In this document: in pieces, positions 1 through 14,900 of the stretch
Numbering within the stretch: the first letter of the stretch is position 1
Layout of the letters: each line of letters begins with the position of its first letter
From: Octopus bimaculoides
Lineage: Eukaryota
DNA length: 64,000 nt
Reading direction: 5' to 3'
Assembly (NCBI RefSeq): GCF_001194135.2
Contig: NC_068982.1
Coordinates: forward strand, 129,628,771-129,692,770
Translations under genes and position numbers: made by a program
The notes under the pieces: generated by a model
What the model was told of the DNA's origin: nothing
Databases searched by the model: none
What the model saw: only the letters and a program-made list of their open reading frames with translations

Positions 1-197
1 CTCGCTCGAAAGATATCATATGTCACCCGCACATGAGCCAGACCAGTGGCACTGGCAGCGATCTCGCTCGAAAGATATCATATGTCACCCGCACATGAGC
101 CAGACCAGTGGCACTGGCAGCGATCCCGCTCGAAAGATTTCATGTGTCGCCCGCACACGAGCCAGCCCAGGGGCACCGGCAACGATCTCGCTCGAAA
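1..197. repeat. 62-nt tandem array (at least 3 units) of the RTE 3'UTR hairpin unit, cut by the window edge
   Basis: The motif ctcgctcgaaa (cccgctcgaaa in unit 3) starts at 1, 63, 125 and 187. Confidence 0.9.
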
Positions 198-589
198 AAA
201 AAAAAGTTATCTTCTTCAGGTGGCAACAACTAAGATGTTCCAAAATGCTGCACCAGAAACTATCTCAAATTAGCTTTGGTAGGTCCTCAGTTTTGTGTCG
301 TGTGTCTGTCAATAACATTAATTTAGTAGAATGGTCTTCACTATGAAGATAACGTTATAGAAATTAAAAAGATATATCATCAGATACAGCCTTTTGTTCA
401 GCACAAACCAGTGGCCAACAAAGTCTACCTCATGTTGAGCAATAATGGTAGCGATGGTGGAAATTTGCCCATAAATGTGTTAAATCCACTTAAGCCTGTT
501 TTATGCACCATCAAGACAATCTTGAAGCTTCTTCTTCATAGTTTAAGTTTCTGATCCAAAGAGAACAAAACTCTCAACACAAATTTTGA

Positions 590-800
590 AGAAGGTAAAC
601 TTTGTTGGCTATAATATTTGATTGCTCATTGGTGGAGAGAAAACTGAATATATGACAATCAATGAAAATGAAAACAACCTGCCAATTTGTTCCAATGTTG
701 GCCCACAACTTAAGGAGGTCAGTGACTTCAAAGAACTTTGGTCCTATGTAGTTGATAGTAAGAATTATGAACTAGCTGTAATAAGCTTCAAAACATCAGC
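590..800 (+). mobile_element. degraded RTE-type LINE fragment, end of the RT domain
   Basis: ORF 622..831 reads GEKTEYM...LKEVSDFKELWSYV, resembling the KTEYM...EV..FKYLGS motif. Confidence 0.4.
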
Positions 801-983
801 CAATCAAGTACTTCAAAAGCAACAAGCATAGTAAAGTAATTAACTTTTCTAAGTTATATATCAAATACGTCAATGCACAAACATCAATAGAGAAAGCAAC
901 AAACATTACCATTGACACAAGAGACCTTGCACACATTTCTTATTCAGATTTGTATTAAAAGCATAAATAAAATGGCAACTTAC

Positions 984-1125
984 AATTGCTTCGTCTTTTG
1001 GAGGAATCCCTCGAAGACGAGCATAAAACTGAAGGTGCTCTCGAGCTGATAATTCATCATAAAGGGAATCAAACTGTGGACAATATCCAATGTTCTGTCG
1101 TACTTTACTCAGGTCTTTCAAGATA
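984..1125 (-). CDS. ABCA2: exon 40, NBD2 Q-loop ([19 protein letters not shown]...KDEAI)
   Basis: ccttaacag acceptor, gtaagt donor, 142 nt, phase 2/0. Confidence 0.96.
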
Positions 1126-2882
1126 CTGTTAAGGAAATGTATTTTATATTAAAATTTGGTCAGATAAACATAGTAAACATTTTAACATTAAAATATATTG
1201 GATGTTTGTCTTGCTAATTCATCAGAATATTTGCAGAATCCTTAAAGACTATGATAGAATAGGCAAAAAAAAAACAACTTTAGACTGATTTCTTCTGATT
1301 ATTGGAAGCACCTAGAAAGAATTTACCTATAGCTCTAAGTTTGAGAGAGAGAGAGAGCAAAAACAAATTTTACAAATTTGTAGAATTGTCAAAAGGAATA
1401 AAAAAAAATATCAATAAAAGAACAATTTACAGTAAACTTTTAAAAGAATACAAGTTAAATATTATTTTAAATTTAAATAGAAGAGATCAAGTTCTTAGGA
1501 ATAAATCCATAGAGTAATAAGCTTGTTTTTCTTGATAAACCAAAACCTTTCAAGATTTTATAGCTAGAAGTTTTTTGAAAAGTTATTAATTTCAGACAGA
1601 TTTATAAATTTGTCCAAAAGGAAGCAAAATCTTAAAACATTTTAAGGAACATGAGACAAATTCAACCAATAAAATTAAGTCCTCTCTTAATATATATATA
1701 TATATCATAAAATACTTAAAAGTTAGAGAAAATATTAGAATGTAAATCAATGAACAAACTACAATGCTATTGCATAAAGCCATGTAATTGAATATTACAA
1801 GTAGCATAAGTAAAGATTTTGACTAAATAACTATAGATTGTCACGAAAAAAATTGAAGACTGGTCACTACTTTCAATGAAACCGTTTAGTATTCATTTCA
1901 TTTTCAAAATATGAGGGGTGTTTTCTTTGAAAACAGTAAATACAGTTAGTTCCAATAAAATATACTGTTCCAAGTAGGTTCAGATTTATGCAAAATATCT
2001 TTTACTGTAATCTATAAAATTTTATCTAATCAGTTATAATAATGGTGGTTCTTTTGGGTCCTTTATATTAAATTCAATGGTTGTAACTACATGTCCTTAG
2101 CAGTTGCTATCAAGTTACTAGTCTTTAATTAGGTTCAGTAATCCTGAAGGTTTTTCTGTATTAATGAAACTGTCACTTTCTGCAGATACCATTATTAATC
2201 TTTTATTTGCTTCAGTCATTAGACTATAGTCATGCTGGAGCACTGCCTTGAAAATTTTTAATCAAATGAATTGACTCCAGTACTTTTTTAAGCCTGGTAC
2301 TTAATTCTATTGGTTTCTTTTGCTGAGTTACAGGGGTGTAAACATACCAAGACCAGTTGTCAAAAAGTGCTGAGAAACAAACACAAAGACAGACAGACAG
2401 ACAGACAGACACACACACACACACACACACACAGTGGGCTTCTTTCAGTTTCTTTCCACTAAATCCACTCACAAACCTTTGGTTGGCCCGATGTGCCACA
2501 CAGTGGAACTGAACTCAGGACCATGTGGTTGGGAAGTAAGCTTCTTACCACACAGATATGCCTGTGCCTAAAATGTTCATAATAAATCATCTGACAAGTT
2601 AAAGACACACATTGAGTGTTTCTGGAGGCATTGCTTTTCTCTTAAATCATTTTGAAAGATTTTACCTGAAACGGTGAAGTTCAGCATCTCCATTTGTTGG
2701 TGCTATATCTCCAGTTAGCATCTTGAAAGTTGTAGTTTTCCCAGCGCCATTCACACCTAGCAGCCCAAAACACTACAAGAAAATATTATTACTCAGGAAC
2801 ATATAAATCCATCACTCAATTTAAATTATAAGATAAACAAGTTTCAGAACAGGAACCATATAATAAGTCAGAGTAATCACTA

Positions 2883-2913
<31 letters not shown>

Positions 2914-5900
2914 GTTTAACGTCCGCTTTCCATGCTAGCATGGGTTGGACGATTTGACTGAGGACTGGTGCAACCGGATGGCTACACCAGGCTCCAATCT
3001 AATTTGGCAGAGTTTCTACAGCTGGATGCCCTTCCTAACGCCAACCACTCAGAGAGTGTAGTGGGTGCTTTTACGTGTCACCCGCACGAAAACGGCCACG
3101 CTCGAAATGGTGTCTTTTATGTGCCACCCGCACAAAAGCCAGTCCAGGGGCACTGGCAACGATCTCACTCGAAAACCCTNNNNNNNNNNNNNNNNNNNNN
3201 NNNNNNNNNNNNNNNNNNNNNNNNNNNNNNNNNNNNNNNNNNNNNNNNNNNNNNNNNNNNNNNNNNNNNNNNNNNNNNNNNNNNNNNNNNNNNNNNNNNN
3301 NNNNNNNNNNNNNNNNNNNNNNNNNNNNNNNNNNNNNNNNNNNNNNNNNNNNNNNNNNNNNNNNNNNNNNNNNNNNNNNNNNNNNNNNNNNNNNNNNNNN
3401 NNNNNNNNNNNNNNNNNNNAATGGCTTTAGACCTTAGTAAGTCTTAGTAAGTAGGAAGGCAGACAAATCACAAATCCTTCCAGGGAGATGGCCCTGCTTG
3501 ATATGTAGAAAAGGCATAGGTAGAAACTTCATAAGGTGAATCCAGTGCAAGCTATGGATAAATACGAGGTGGAGCAATATCAGAGGAAGGTTAACAGTGA
3601 AAGTCTTTGTATGTGGCAAATGTACAGAAAATAGATTCCTTCAAATGTCAGCAGGGGATACCTCGATGTAGTTGATAGCATTCGTTATCTAGGTGACCAA
3701 GTCAGCAGTGGAGGTGGATGCTCCAAGAGAATAGCTGCTAGAATAAGAATAGGCTAGGCAAAGTTCAGAGAGCTTCTACCTTTGTTGGTAACAAAGGAAC
3801 TCTTCCACAGAGTGAAAGGCAGATTGTATGATGCCTGTGTGCAAACAGCTATGCTACATGGCAGTGAAACATGAGCTGTGACAGCAGATGACATGCGAAG
3901 GCTTGAAAGAAATGAAGCCAGTATGCTTCACTGGATGTGCAATATCAGTGTGCATGTACAACAAAATGTAAGCACCTTGAAAGAAAAATTGGGCATGAGA
4001 AGCATCAGATGTGGTGCACAAGAGAGAGAACTGTGTTGCTAAAAACCAGGCCAAATCAGACTGGAACCTACAGCTCTCCAGCTTACTAGTTCCAGTCAAA
4101 CCATCTAATCCATGCCAGCATGGAAAGTGGACACTAAATGAAGATGATGATGGTGATTTTTGTTGTTTAAATGTTAACTCTCATCATCATCATTTAACGT
4201 CTGCTTTCTATGCTAGCATGGATTGGACGATTTGACTGGGGACTGACGAACCAGATGGCTACACCAGACTCCAAACTGTGTGTAATTTATATTTTCTATT
4301 ACAAATTTGTCCCCAGGAGTTATATAGAGCATGTGATATAAAGGATGATTGATCAATAGATGATTAAACTATTTAGTTGTTAGATATTACCAGCCAAATA
4401 TATCAAGAAATATTTACCTCACCCGTTGGTACACCTAGGCAAAGATGATCAACAGCTAGATGTTTGCCTAATTTTCTGGTCACATACATCTAAAACAAAA
4501 GAAGGTTTTATATTTTATTTTGAGAGATGTGAAAAGGAACAAATTAATAATGTGGGAGATAACAAACTAACTAACACTAAACTGATGAAGTCAAATTTGT
4601 ACTGGCATCAAAATAAGGCCCTAGATACTGGTTGCCTATATCTACCTAATAAGAAGTATAAACACTTTGCATAGATTGGTTGCTTTATTAAGGTTACTGC
4701 ATATTTTTTCAAACAGTATACATAAATTTTTAAAGTCAATTGTAGGAGAAGGGGCAGTAGGTGCAATAGTTGAAAAAAATAATCATTAAAAATTGAAAAA
4801 TAGATTAAAAGATTTCTGCTATAAAAATTGATTATCCCTTTCTGTAATCCTTTAATGGTTATGAAGAAAATTATCTGACAACTTAGTTCATCACAGCTGT
4901 GCCATTAAATTTGTTTCATAACTGCATGGTTTTGGATTCAGGAGCATGTAATTCAAGCGACTTTGGTAAAAGTTTTAGTACAATTTTTCTTTTCCAAAAG
5001 TAAGACTTCTATGATAGCTAGAAGGGAAGGGGAGAGAGGAAGCTAAGCATATATAGTAGGTGGTTATTAGATCTACTTATCAAAAGATTCCAACATTTAA
5101 TGAAGATGAGAATCACAGTTCAGCTGTCATGACAAAATTAAAAATTAGCAAAATTATCACACTACCTTTGTTAAATTTTTCAGACACAATGCATCATTGC
5201 AAGCTGAACCTCTTAAGATGCGTTTTCTTTCACTGGCAACATCTACATCTTCATCTTGTGGTAGTTTGTTAGCAACATCTGAGGGTCTTAAAAAGATTAA
5301 TAACATAGGAAACAGATGAAAAATCATTTCATTAATTTGTGTGAAAATAACATTTATTACAAATATACGTCTTGGATTTGCTGCTCAGTAAAGTGTCATA
5401 TCTATAATTTATTGAGTGAAATTAATATAAAAAATCAATCTCTAAAGTAGTTCAATAGATTTAGTATATAGTTTGTACTTCATTTCAATAACCACAGTTA
5501 TACAGGAAACCAGCATACTGTGACACATTGAGTATAAGAGTAATCACAACTATGAAAATTTGCTGCTGAGATTGTATAACAATATCTACAGGAATATTTA
5601 TGACAAGCTTTACTAATATGTCTTGATGCTACATCTACTGGAATTATTACCATGGATTACAGGATTCATCTAGTAGTGCTGTGTAGCAACAGCATCTCAG
5701 GTATAAAACCTATAGTTTGCTTTGTATACAAAATGGTAGCAATTAAGTACAAGTAATCTGTAACATGCAGAGTACTCCAAGGCTTACTACAGTGCCCCGA
5801 CTTATTTAACATACATTTGTTCTCTCACAATTTACCATGGGCAGTTTTGGTTTCAACATATATCATGATGAAGATGGCCAACAAACCTTCAAGTCTTTTG

Positions 5901-8900
5901 TCTCTCCAAAAGACACGTAGAACTAACATAAAAAAGACAAAAAAACTACAATACACGAATTACTCAAACTACACACAGCAGTCAGTTCATTGAAACCATT
6001 TACCTCAATACAAAAATATAACTATCTCAAGATAAAAAATTAAAAAGAAAGTCTATATATTTGTGTAATGTAGCATCATTACACAATAATATGCAGGTAC
6101 ACAATCCTTTACCTGGAACCTTTAGGGACAGTTGTGTTCTGAATTTTAGGTTTTTTTTCAGATTTCAGAACAAAAGCCAGCTGCTCCAGATTGTAAACTA
6201 GACATCAAAATAGTTGTCCCACTACAGTAGCAAAAGTACACATGTACGTACTCACAATTGGTGGGAAAAATAAAGATTACATTATAGTTTATTTATAGGG
6301 TAATATACTGGTAAATGAAAGTGAGATAATTAAGATAACAAATGACAAAATACATATAGTGGGATAATTTAAAACAAAAATACATGATCCACAACATTGG
6401 CTCAACAAAGTTGCCTGACATTCTAGAAATAGCAGCCTAATCTCTCTTAAATAGCATTGTGCCATCTTAAAAATGGAAGGATTGAAATTACCAGAACCTA
6501 ATAAAGATCTCCACAAAAGTATTGTCATTACTGCAATGATCTCAAGTATTTTGTGGATACTGAGAGATTTTTTTGAGCAGTTAGTCTGGAGGAAGGATGA
6601 TACATTTAACACATTTTGAAGCTTCTGAGATTGGTGAGAAGAAGGGATGAAGATATCCCTGGAGACCAATCTCAAATACATGCAACAGAATGAACTCTGC
6701 TGAAGGTACCCAAGGACAAGTGATCTTGTTAAACTGGATGAAATAAATTTACAACTTAAGTAGGCCACAACAGAATAATAGTAAAATAATATAATAGTTT
6801 TAAAAGTAACTTTATGAATACCCTGAATCTACGACACTAATTTCCTGTTTTAAAATGATCTAAAAACCTTCCATTAAAATTTTGTGCTAATTTGTGTTCT
6901 AAACACCAACTTAATGATAACAAAATGGTTAAATATTACAGCCAGGAAGTCAATGAGCATGGGCTGTCATCTTGAAATCTTGTGCTTGCTGAGGCAGCAG
7001 TCCTATAAATGTGTTATGTGCAAGGTGATAATGCAAGCTCCCCAGATACCATTAATGAGTTTGGCTCTTATTGCAACAGGTGTTGAACATCCAATGGAAA
7101 ACGTTTTCCATTTGTACATTTGTACTCCAGCAGCAATACCCTACAAGGGAAGATGCAGCTGAAAGAAGCACTACTACTTTCTAGCCAGAGGTTTGGTTCA
7201 AATGTAAGCAACCTAATGACTAAGACATCCAACATTATGGATTATGGTGTTAAAATGAGTGGTGTGCTTTGACTCATTGACCAAAATGTTATGACTTTCT
7301 TCCAAACATGGTTTTATAAAAGCTAAGCTCAAACCATTTTTACCAAAAATATATCAAATAAAATAAGTTACTTGAGATGAAAATGTAATATCTCAGGAAT
7401 AAAATTTAAAAGGTTACAGTGAACAATGACTGACTTATAATAAAATATAGTCGAATAGTTAAATTAGATATAAATTACCTTGATTTTATGAAAAACCGAT
7501 ACTCGCATAAAAGAGTTATAATGAAGAAGAACAAGCCTGTTCCTGCCATAGCTGTTAGATTTTTTGTTGTTAAGTCCCATTCAAATGGTGACCTCATATA
7601 ATGATATTGTCCTGAAAATACACAATATGCACATCATAGTTACCATTATTATTGTCATAGCTATGCTAGCATGGATTGAATAAATTTGATATACAACATT
7701 CTCTAATTTAATTTATATCTTCTCATACAGTTTTTGTATAAACTGCATTTTGTGAACAAATGTATTAATAGTCTCAAGTTTCCAATAAATTAATCACTGC
7801 TTTTCAAGATGCTTAAAAAGCTTACTTCACAATCACAAGGTGCAATGAAATTGCAAGTGTCCTGGGTAAGTATCTTGGATTGACCCGAGACATTTATCCA
7901 AGGTTACTGAGCTACATTCTTTCTGTTGTGTTTTATAATCTTCTTATGGTCCATATAGGAAAACTCCACAACAACCTCCATTTTTCAAGTGATTGCATTT
8001 CTATTCCCATGAAAAGGTTATAATTTTTCTGTGCATGCAAAACCAAGTTTCTTACAAATATTCCCATCAATTATTTACATTCTTCTTCATATTATTAACA
8101 TAGCAAGCTGGCAGAACCATTAGCATGCTAGACAAAATGCTTAGTAGCATTTCATCTGTCTCTACATTCAGAGATTAAATTCTGCCGAAGTTGACTTTGC
8201 TTTTCATCCCATTGGGGGTCAACGGAATAAGTACCAGTCAAGTATTTGGGTTGATGTTAACTTACTACTCCCTCAAAAACTGCTGGCCCTGTGCCAAGAT
8301 TTGAATTCATCATCATTATTATTAAGGTGATGAGCTGGCAGAATTGTTAGCATGCCGAGTGAAATGCTTAGTGCTATTTCATCTGTCACTATGTTCTGAG
8401 TTCAAATTCCGCCGAGGTTGACTTTGCCTTTCATCCTTTTGGAGTTGATAAATTAAGTACCAATCAATGTGATTAATTGTACCCCTCCCCACAAAAATCT
8501 AGGCCTTGTACCAATAGTAGAAAGGATTATTATTAAGGTGGTAGAGTAGCAGAAATAGTAGGATATTGAACTAAAAACTTATATACAATTTTGTTACTGT
8601 ATACTAATTTCAAATCTTGTTTGTGTGGACTTAGCTGCACAGCCTTCTGTGATAAACAAAGTATAAGGCATACACAGAAGGAAATTCAATTTTTCCCTAC
8701 ATATTTGCTGTCTTGTACCTCTATCATAATTATTTCTCTTAGTGATGATGATGATGATGGTAAAAAGGTCACATGTTTTTGAGGAGAGGGCATAGTTGTT
8801 TAGCTTGAATTTAGAACATCAATGGTTCATATTTCACCTTGGAGTAAAAGAGGCAAAGTCAATTAACAAGATTTGAGTGTAAAACATAACTTGAATCTGA

Positions 8901-11900
8901 ACACAACATAATGTGTGGTTCAGTACCACCATTTCGTCCTCATTGTGCCTATCAAAAATGTTAAAATATGATTTTTAATCAGGTTTTTGTTTTTTATAAA
9001 GAATTAAAAATTTACCTGTTTTGAAGTAAAACATGTTTTTGTACTGATTGAATGCAATATCCATCAATCCTCTGCCAAGGCAATAATTAGGAAAGAGTAG
9101 GAATATATTCTTTAGAAGTAAGTGTATACGTTTCAGGTCCTGGAAAAAAATGAAAATAATGCCACATAAAAGGTAATAATATTGAAATAACTTTATATGA
9201 ACTGTTGGAATATTTTCTTTTAATATGTAACCCAAAACCTTATTCTGATGCCTATTATTATCTCATCACTATATTTTCAATTCTTTTTTTAAAAACGTTT
9301 TTATCTATATTCCTACACTTCATTATATTATTACTGTTTATACATTCATATATTTATATGTCTATATATATTTTTAATATTCATATATTACTATATTTTT
9401 AATATATTAATGTTTTATTTTGGGCAATTTTTATCTTAATTAAATCCATACACATGTTCATTGTAGTTTGCCTCACTTGAACCTTTTCCATTTCATTTAT
9501 TATACCTGTCTAATGTTTCAGATTTGACTCAAGCACTTCTATGCAGTGTATGTGTTTCGTAAGAAAAATATAGCTATATATATATATATATATATATATA
9601 TTACATGCATACATAAGTGAGAACTTATATATAAAGATGAACCACAATGTTACAGATCAAAAAAATTCTTTAAAAAATGATAAAATTGCAAACCTTGTCA
9701 TAAGAGAATATTTCTAGAAGAAAACTGCAAACAATACAGGTAATGCCTACAAATAAGTTGATGACAATGAGGCAGATATAAGCTGTACTTGGTTCCCGAA
9801 ACCAAAAGGATGCTGGGTACATGACTGGAGTAATTGACCAGCTGCAAAAGAAATAATTCAAAGCAAAATTTAACTATATAAACTTCATTACATGTTTATG
9901 TGTGTATCTTAGCTTTAGAATCGATATGCCATGTTCCTGCATGTTATAAGAAGTAGCAAAAATGGTTGATGACATGAAGAGCCCAGGCTATAAAACACTA
10001 CCTCATAAAACCCACCAAACTCATACCAGCATGGAAAAAGGAGCATAAAATGAAGGTGATAATAAAACAAAATAGTTTAGCACTCTTGAACAAAGATATG
10101 TTTATTGAAACTATAACATATGTTACTATGTTCTAAATGACATTTAGAGAAAGGCTTTAATTTGAATAAAGAATCTCTGAAGCTGAAAATTATTATTATT
10201 ATTACAAGGCTTGCTCTTGTGAATTACAGGTACAACTCACTACTGGTTTTCAAACTCACGATCGTGAGCTGAATGCCCTAACATTTAAGCCACGTGCCAA
10301 CAAATACCAGCTGACAATTGCATAATCTCCTATTGTTACAAACAGAACACACTCAAACTAAGTCACATATTGATATGTACACACATGCATACATATATAA
10401 ACACGCATGCACACACAGATATCAGTAGACACTTATAGTCTTATATTGCTACACAGATAACTCACACACACACACACAGATATCAGCAGACATTCCACAT
10501 GCAGTCTATGTTAAACACACAGACACCAACCTACACATTCAGTTATTGGTTCACACACACACAAATACACACAGAGTCTCATACAGTTATGCCTGTACAC
10601 ATATAAACACAGTCTCATACAGGTACTCACACATGCGTGTACACACACAGAGTCTTATACAGGTAAGTGTACATGCAGTCTCATACAGTTACATGCACAC
10701 ACAAACATGCAGTCTCATACAGTCGCATGCGCATGCACACAGTCTCATACAGTTACGTGCACACACACAAACTGTCTCATAGAGGTGTGCACACACATAC
10801 AGTCTCATAGTTACGTGCACACAGTCATGCGCGCACACACACACACACACACACCATAGTCTCATTGTTATGCATACACACACAAACAGTCTCATACAAT
10901 TACACACGCACAGATACAAGACAATCAGCGTCATATTATTAATTTATTTATCATTTATTGGAATGCTAAAATCTTTGTAGGGCTAGTTGAAGGGAGAGGA
11001 GAGTATAGTGACTATAGGAGACTGACATGTTAGTGTTACCAAACTGATTTTATTAATATAGACCAACATACAATGTCTAGCACTGTCTTAAGACATGAGC
11101 ACACTGGACAACTTTCCCAGGGCCTCATGGATATAGGGGACCCAATACTAATCTATGTATGATACGGCTTGCTGTCAAATACTATAGGGCCCAGTACACC
11201 GATTTGCCTGGAGGCTATAATGCTACTATGATGACCCTCACTATAGTGTCTATTTTTTGGTATTGGATAAACATTTAAAACAAAATATAACTAATTTCCC
11301 TTTCTCCTGGAGTGATTATTGTCACCAAATAAATAATTAACATAGTCCAAATCCTGTCAAATGTCACTTGATTACAATATTCAACATATCTATGATACTC
11401 CAAAATACTACTCAACTAGCTGTGTTATAGCGTATTCTTTGAATAGCTTCAGAGAAAACAAAATGATTAACTTCATAACTTTCTCATTTGCTAATTCTAA
11501 TTAATCTCTAACTCTAATAATTCAATTCTAGAAATTAATGAAATGTGACATATCTGTGTAGATTTGCTCTAAGTTGAAAAACTTGTTATAAGTATCTGCC
11601 TTGTATAAAGATATCTGTTGGTTGTGTCATTTCATGGCACACACAGCATCCAACAGATGTGTATGCTGAGTATGTCTTTCATACCTTCAGACTGGTTAAA
11701 AAGAAATTTGTACCTGCTTGTATTAGTATCAATCTAATTGACTATATATGCTTGCCTCTACCCCTGTGATGAAATTAAAAATTTAACGATAGGAAAATTA
11801 AATAAGCCAATACCTACCCATACAGTAAGAAAAGGGAAACAACTGCTGGCAGATTCGTTGGCGACACGTACGATGGAATATCAAAAATTAGAAGGATTCC

Positions 11901-14900
11901 AATGCAGCAAAATGCAGGGATCACGTAATTACACTGAAAATAAATATGTTTTAGTTTTTTTTAAACATTTTATTTTCAGACATTTATATTGGTACATAAA
12001 ATGCCGTAATACTCTAACAGAATTATTATCACTTTGGTTAAAGCAATACAATATAAATTTACAAGATTAATCCATATTTTTAACTCTTTTTGTTTTATTT
12101 CTGCTTTTGTTTCAATTAATTTTCAAAATAGCAAAGAATTTAGTGACATAACTTTGCTGATAATTAACCTAATGTTTTGAACATAACATGAAATTTTGAT
12201 GGAAGGTTTTTAAATTTTTTTATAGTTTCTTTTCACATAATTACTACTTTAAAATGAAAAATGGATGTAAATTAACATACCATATCCCATACATAATTTG
12301 CTAGCCAGTAGATAAAAGGATCCATGCCACTGACAAACTGCAAGTGCTTTGCTTTGATAGAACGTTCATAGACCAAGAATAATACAAAACTTGCTGGGAC
12401 GAATGACATAGCAACAATGATGAAAATTGCAATCAGCACATCAGATCCTTGTAGGCTGTTCCAAAAGAAATGCATAAAATTAGAATTTCAAAACAATAAT
12501 TATGATCTGTGATAAATTATTAGAACATTATTGAGAGAAACACAATTTTATATTAGAGAAATGAGTAATAAATTACAACTGGTTATGTAATTTAACATCA
12601 TTAAAGCTGACTTGATTTATTGATAGAGAAATAAAGAGAGAAAATGCTTGACTTGAATAATAAAGCCTAAGTTCATCACTGACACAATGGGGGAAAAAAA
12701 TAGCTAATCACACAGTCCAAATACAAACAAAAATGCTTACATGTAATCCATAGATAACTTGTTGTTAGTATGATTCATGGGATGGTTGGTCACAGTGATT
12801 CCTACCAAAAGAAAGATTATCATATTTATCTTATACAACTTTCTTATTGCTTCTATAATTTTTCAAATTTAGTTCCATTAACAAACCAAAGTTTACTGAA
12901 GAAATATGAATATTTTAATGAAAAAAAAAAAAGATGAAAAAAAGTGATGAAATACCAAACTATTTTTAAGGCATTTTTAAAACGTTAAAACTAAGTTTGA
13001 TAAATGAAGTAACTATAAAATAAATTGAAATCTGAATAATCAAAATATAAACCCTTAAATAGCTTTTTTTTTAAGTGTAAAGAGAGATAATGAATGTTTT
13101 AATGAGTCATTAGTAATAAAGAAGAATAAAAACAGGCTGCAAATCACTGATAGTTTTTTTTTTCCAGTATAATGATAGTTGAGTCTTGAATGTAGAAAGT
13201 AAATTATGAAAATATTACTCAGCTTGGTTTTTAGGAGTATTTGTTACATTATACTAATATATTCTGAACTTTCACTGTAAGAATGACATATGAATGTTAA
13301 TAGGAAGTGGTTTGGGAAAGGGATCCAGTTCTCTGTGTGGGAAATAGGGGGCTCAGTTGTGTGCATAATGTGTATATACATTAAGCTCTGAGAGCCTCAA
13401 TTATAGCATACTAGCATGCGTATATACACACACAATAAGCTTAATACACTTTCCATCTTCCAAATTAGTTCATAAAATATTGGTTGACCTAAGGCAGTTG
13501 AAGACACTTGCCCAAGGTGCTACACAGTAGGACTGAACCCTCATGGTTACAAGACTAACTTCTTAATGACACAACCATGCCTGCACTTAACAATTGATAT
13601 CTATTCAAATATTAGCATGATATAGCAAAGAGGTACGCATACAGGTGCATACACAACCAAATTTCAATAACTGGTTGCAACTATTTCATTTCTCTAACAT
13701 CTTTATTGACATGTTATCTCTCTTGTTTCATGTCTTTTGGAAGAATATTTTACAAATGTCAAAGACAGAAATCAACTTTTAAATCTAAAAAAAATTGAAA
13801 TGAAGAGAGTGAGTAAACATCAAAAGTTATTTCAAATTAATTTGATACTTTGAAAAAATTGTTTATGCACTTAATTCTTTTGTTGTGGATATGGTTGCAG
13901 GAATTTAATTTAATTTTTCCATAAGGAGTATACAATAAAATACTGTCACTTTTATATTTATTAAAAAAAAATTTACATTAGACAATTGCTAAAAATATTT
14001 TAATAACTTACCATATGCAGCTGGATTACCCTTCTCTTTGGGTAAATTGGCTCTCAAAATAGCATTATTAAGTGTATTTAAGTACACAGGTGTTGAATGG
14101 AAACCTTTGGGATTAAAGAGCACCTGGAACAAATAATTACAAAAGATTAAAATATGATACCCTTTTCATTTGAATTTCAATAATGAAACAGGATTAAATA
14201 TTGAAATACCTTTGCTACATTTCTTACTGCAAGGCGTCTAAATAGTGCAGGTGCAGAATTTCCAAAGTCTTTTGGTACCATTGAACGGACCAGTCCAAAT
14301 GACATACCACCATAGCTAAAAGGGATTAAGAATGTAATATATAGCAGGACATCAGATAAATGTGTTGGGATACTTAGTAAGATTTTTTTTTTAATTACTC
14401 ACAGCAATCTAAGATAAATACATATTTCATTTCCCCAAACTATGTTTCTATATTCATCATTATATAATTAATTTTCCTTGTTAATACATATTTTCAAATT
14501 TGTCTCAATATAAAATTTTAAACTAACCATCTATGTATTGAGTATATACACCATTGATAAGCTAGCTACTGTGGTATTTGTCTTGAGAGAACATCTTTTT
14601 ATGAACATGTGTTAAAAACACAAATATTGGAGGAAGGAAACAAGAATTCACCCCCTCCCCTGATATTGTTTTTAACAAAACACGTTCATAAGAGATGCTA
14701 TCACAGGACAAACACTGTAGTAACTGGACTATCAGTGGTGTATATGCATTAAGTATGATACATAGATGGCTATTTTAATTTAATACTGCCTTGGTTGCAT
14801 ATACTGGAAAATTTTAAACAATTTTAAAATCCATTAACTGATGATTTTAAAGACTTAGACAAATTATTCTATGAAATTTAATATTCATTGTATGACCAAC

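Noticed and set aside
6097-6770. Tigger/pogo-like end (caggtacacaatcc...) and ORF 6289..6768
   Set aside because: Only a vague resemblance; no matching second TIR or transposase motif found.
8323-8420. tRNA gene candidates from A/B-box-like motifs
   Set aside because: No cloverleaf; these are SINE heads continuing into SINE bodies.
10420-10925. CRISPR-like repeat-spacer appearance (also 18721-19143)
   Set aside because: Eukaryotic intron; repeats are degenerate, spacers are low-complexity or mutually homologous, and there are no cas genes.
11085-11240. Possible Harbinger-like MITE
   Set aside because: The putative TIRs are too degenerate and no TSD could be read.
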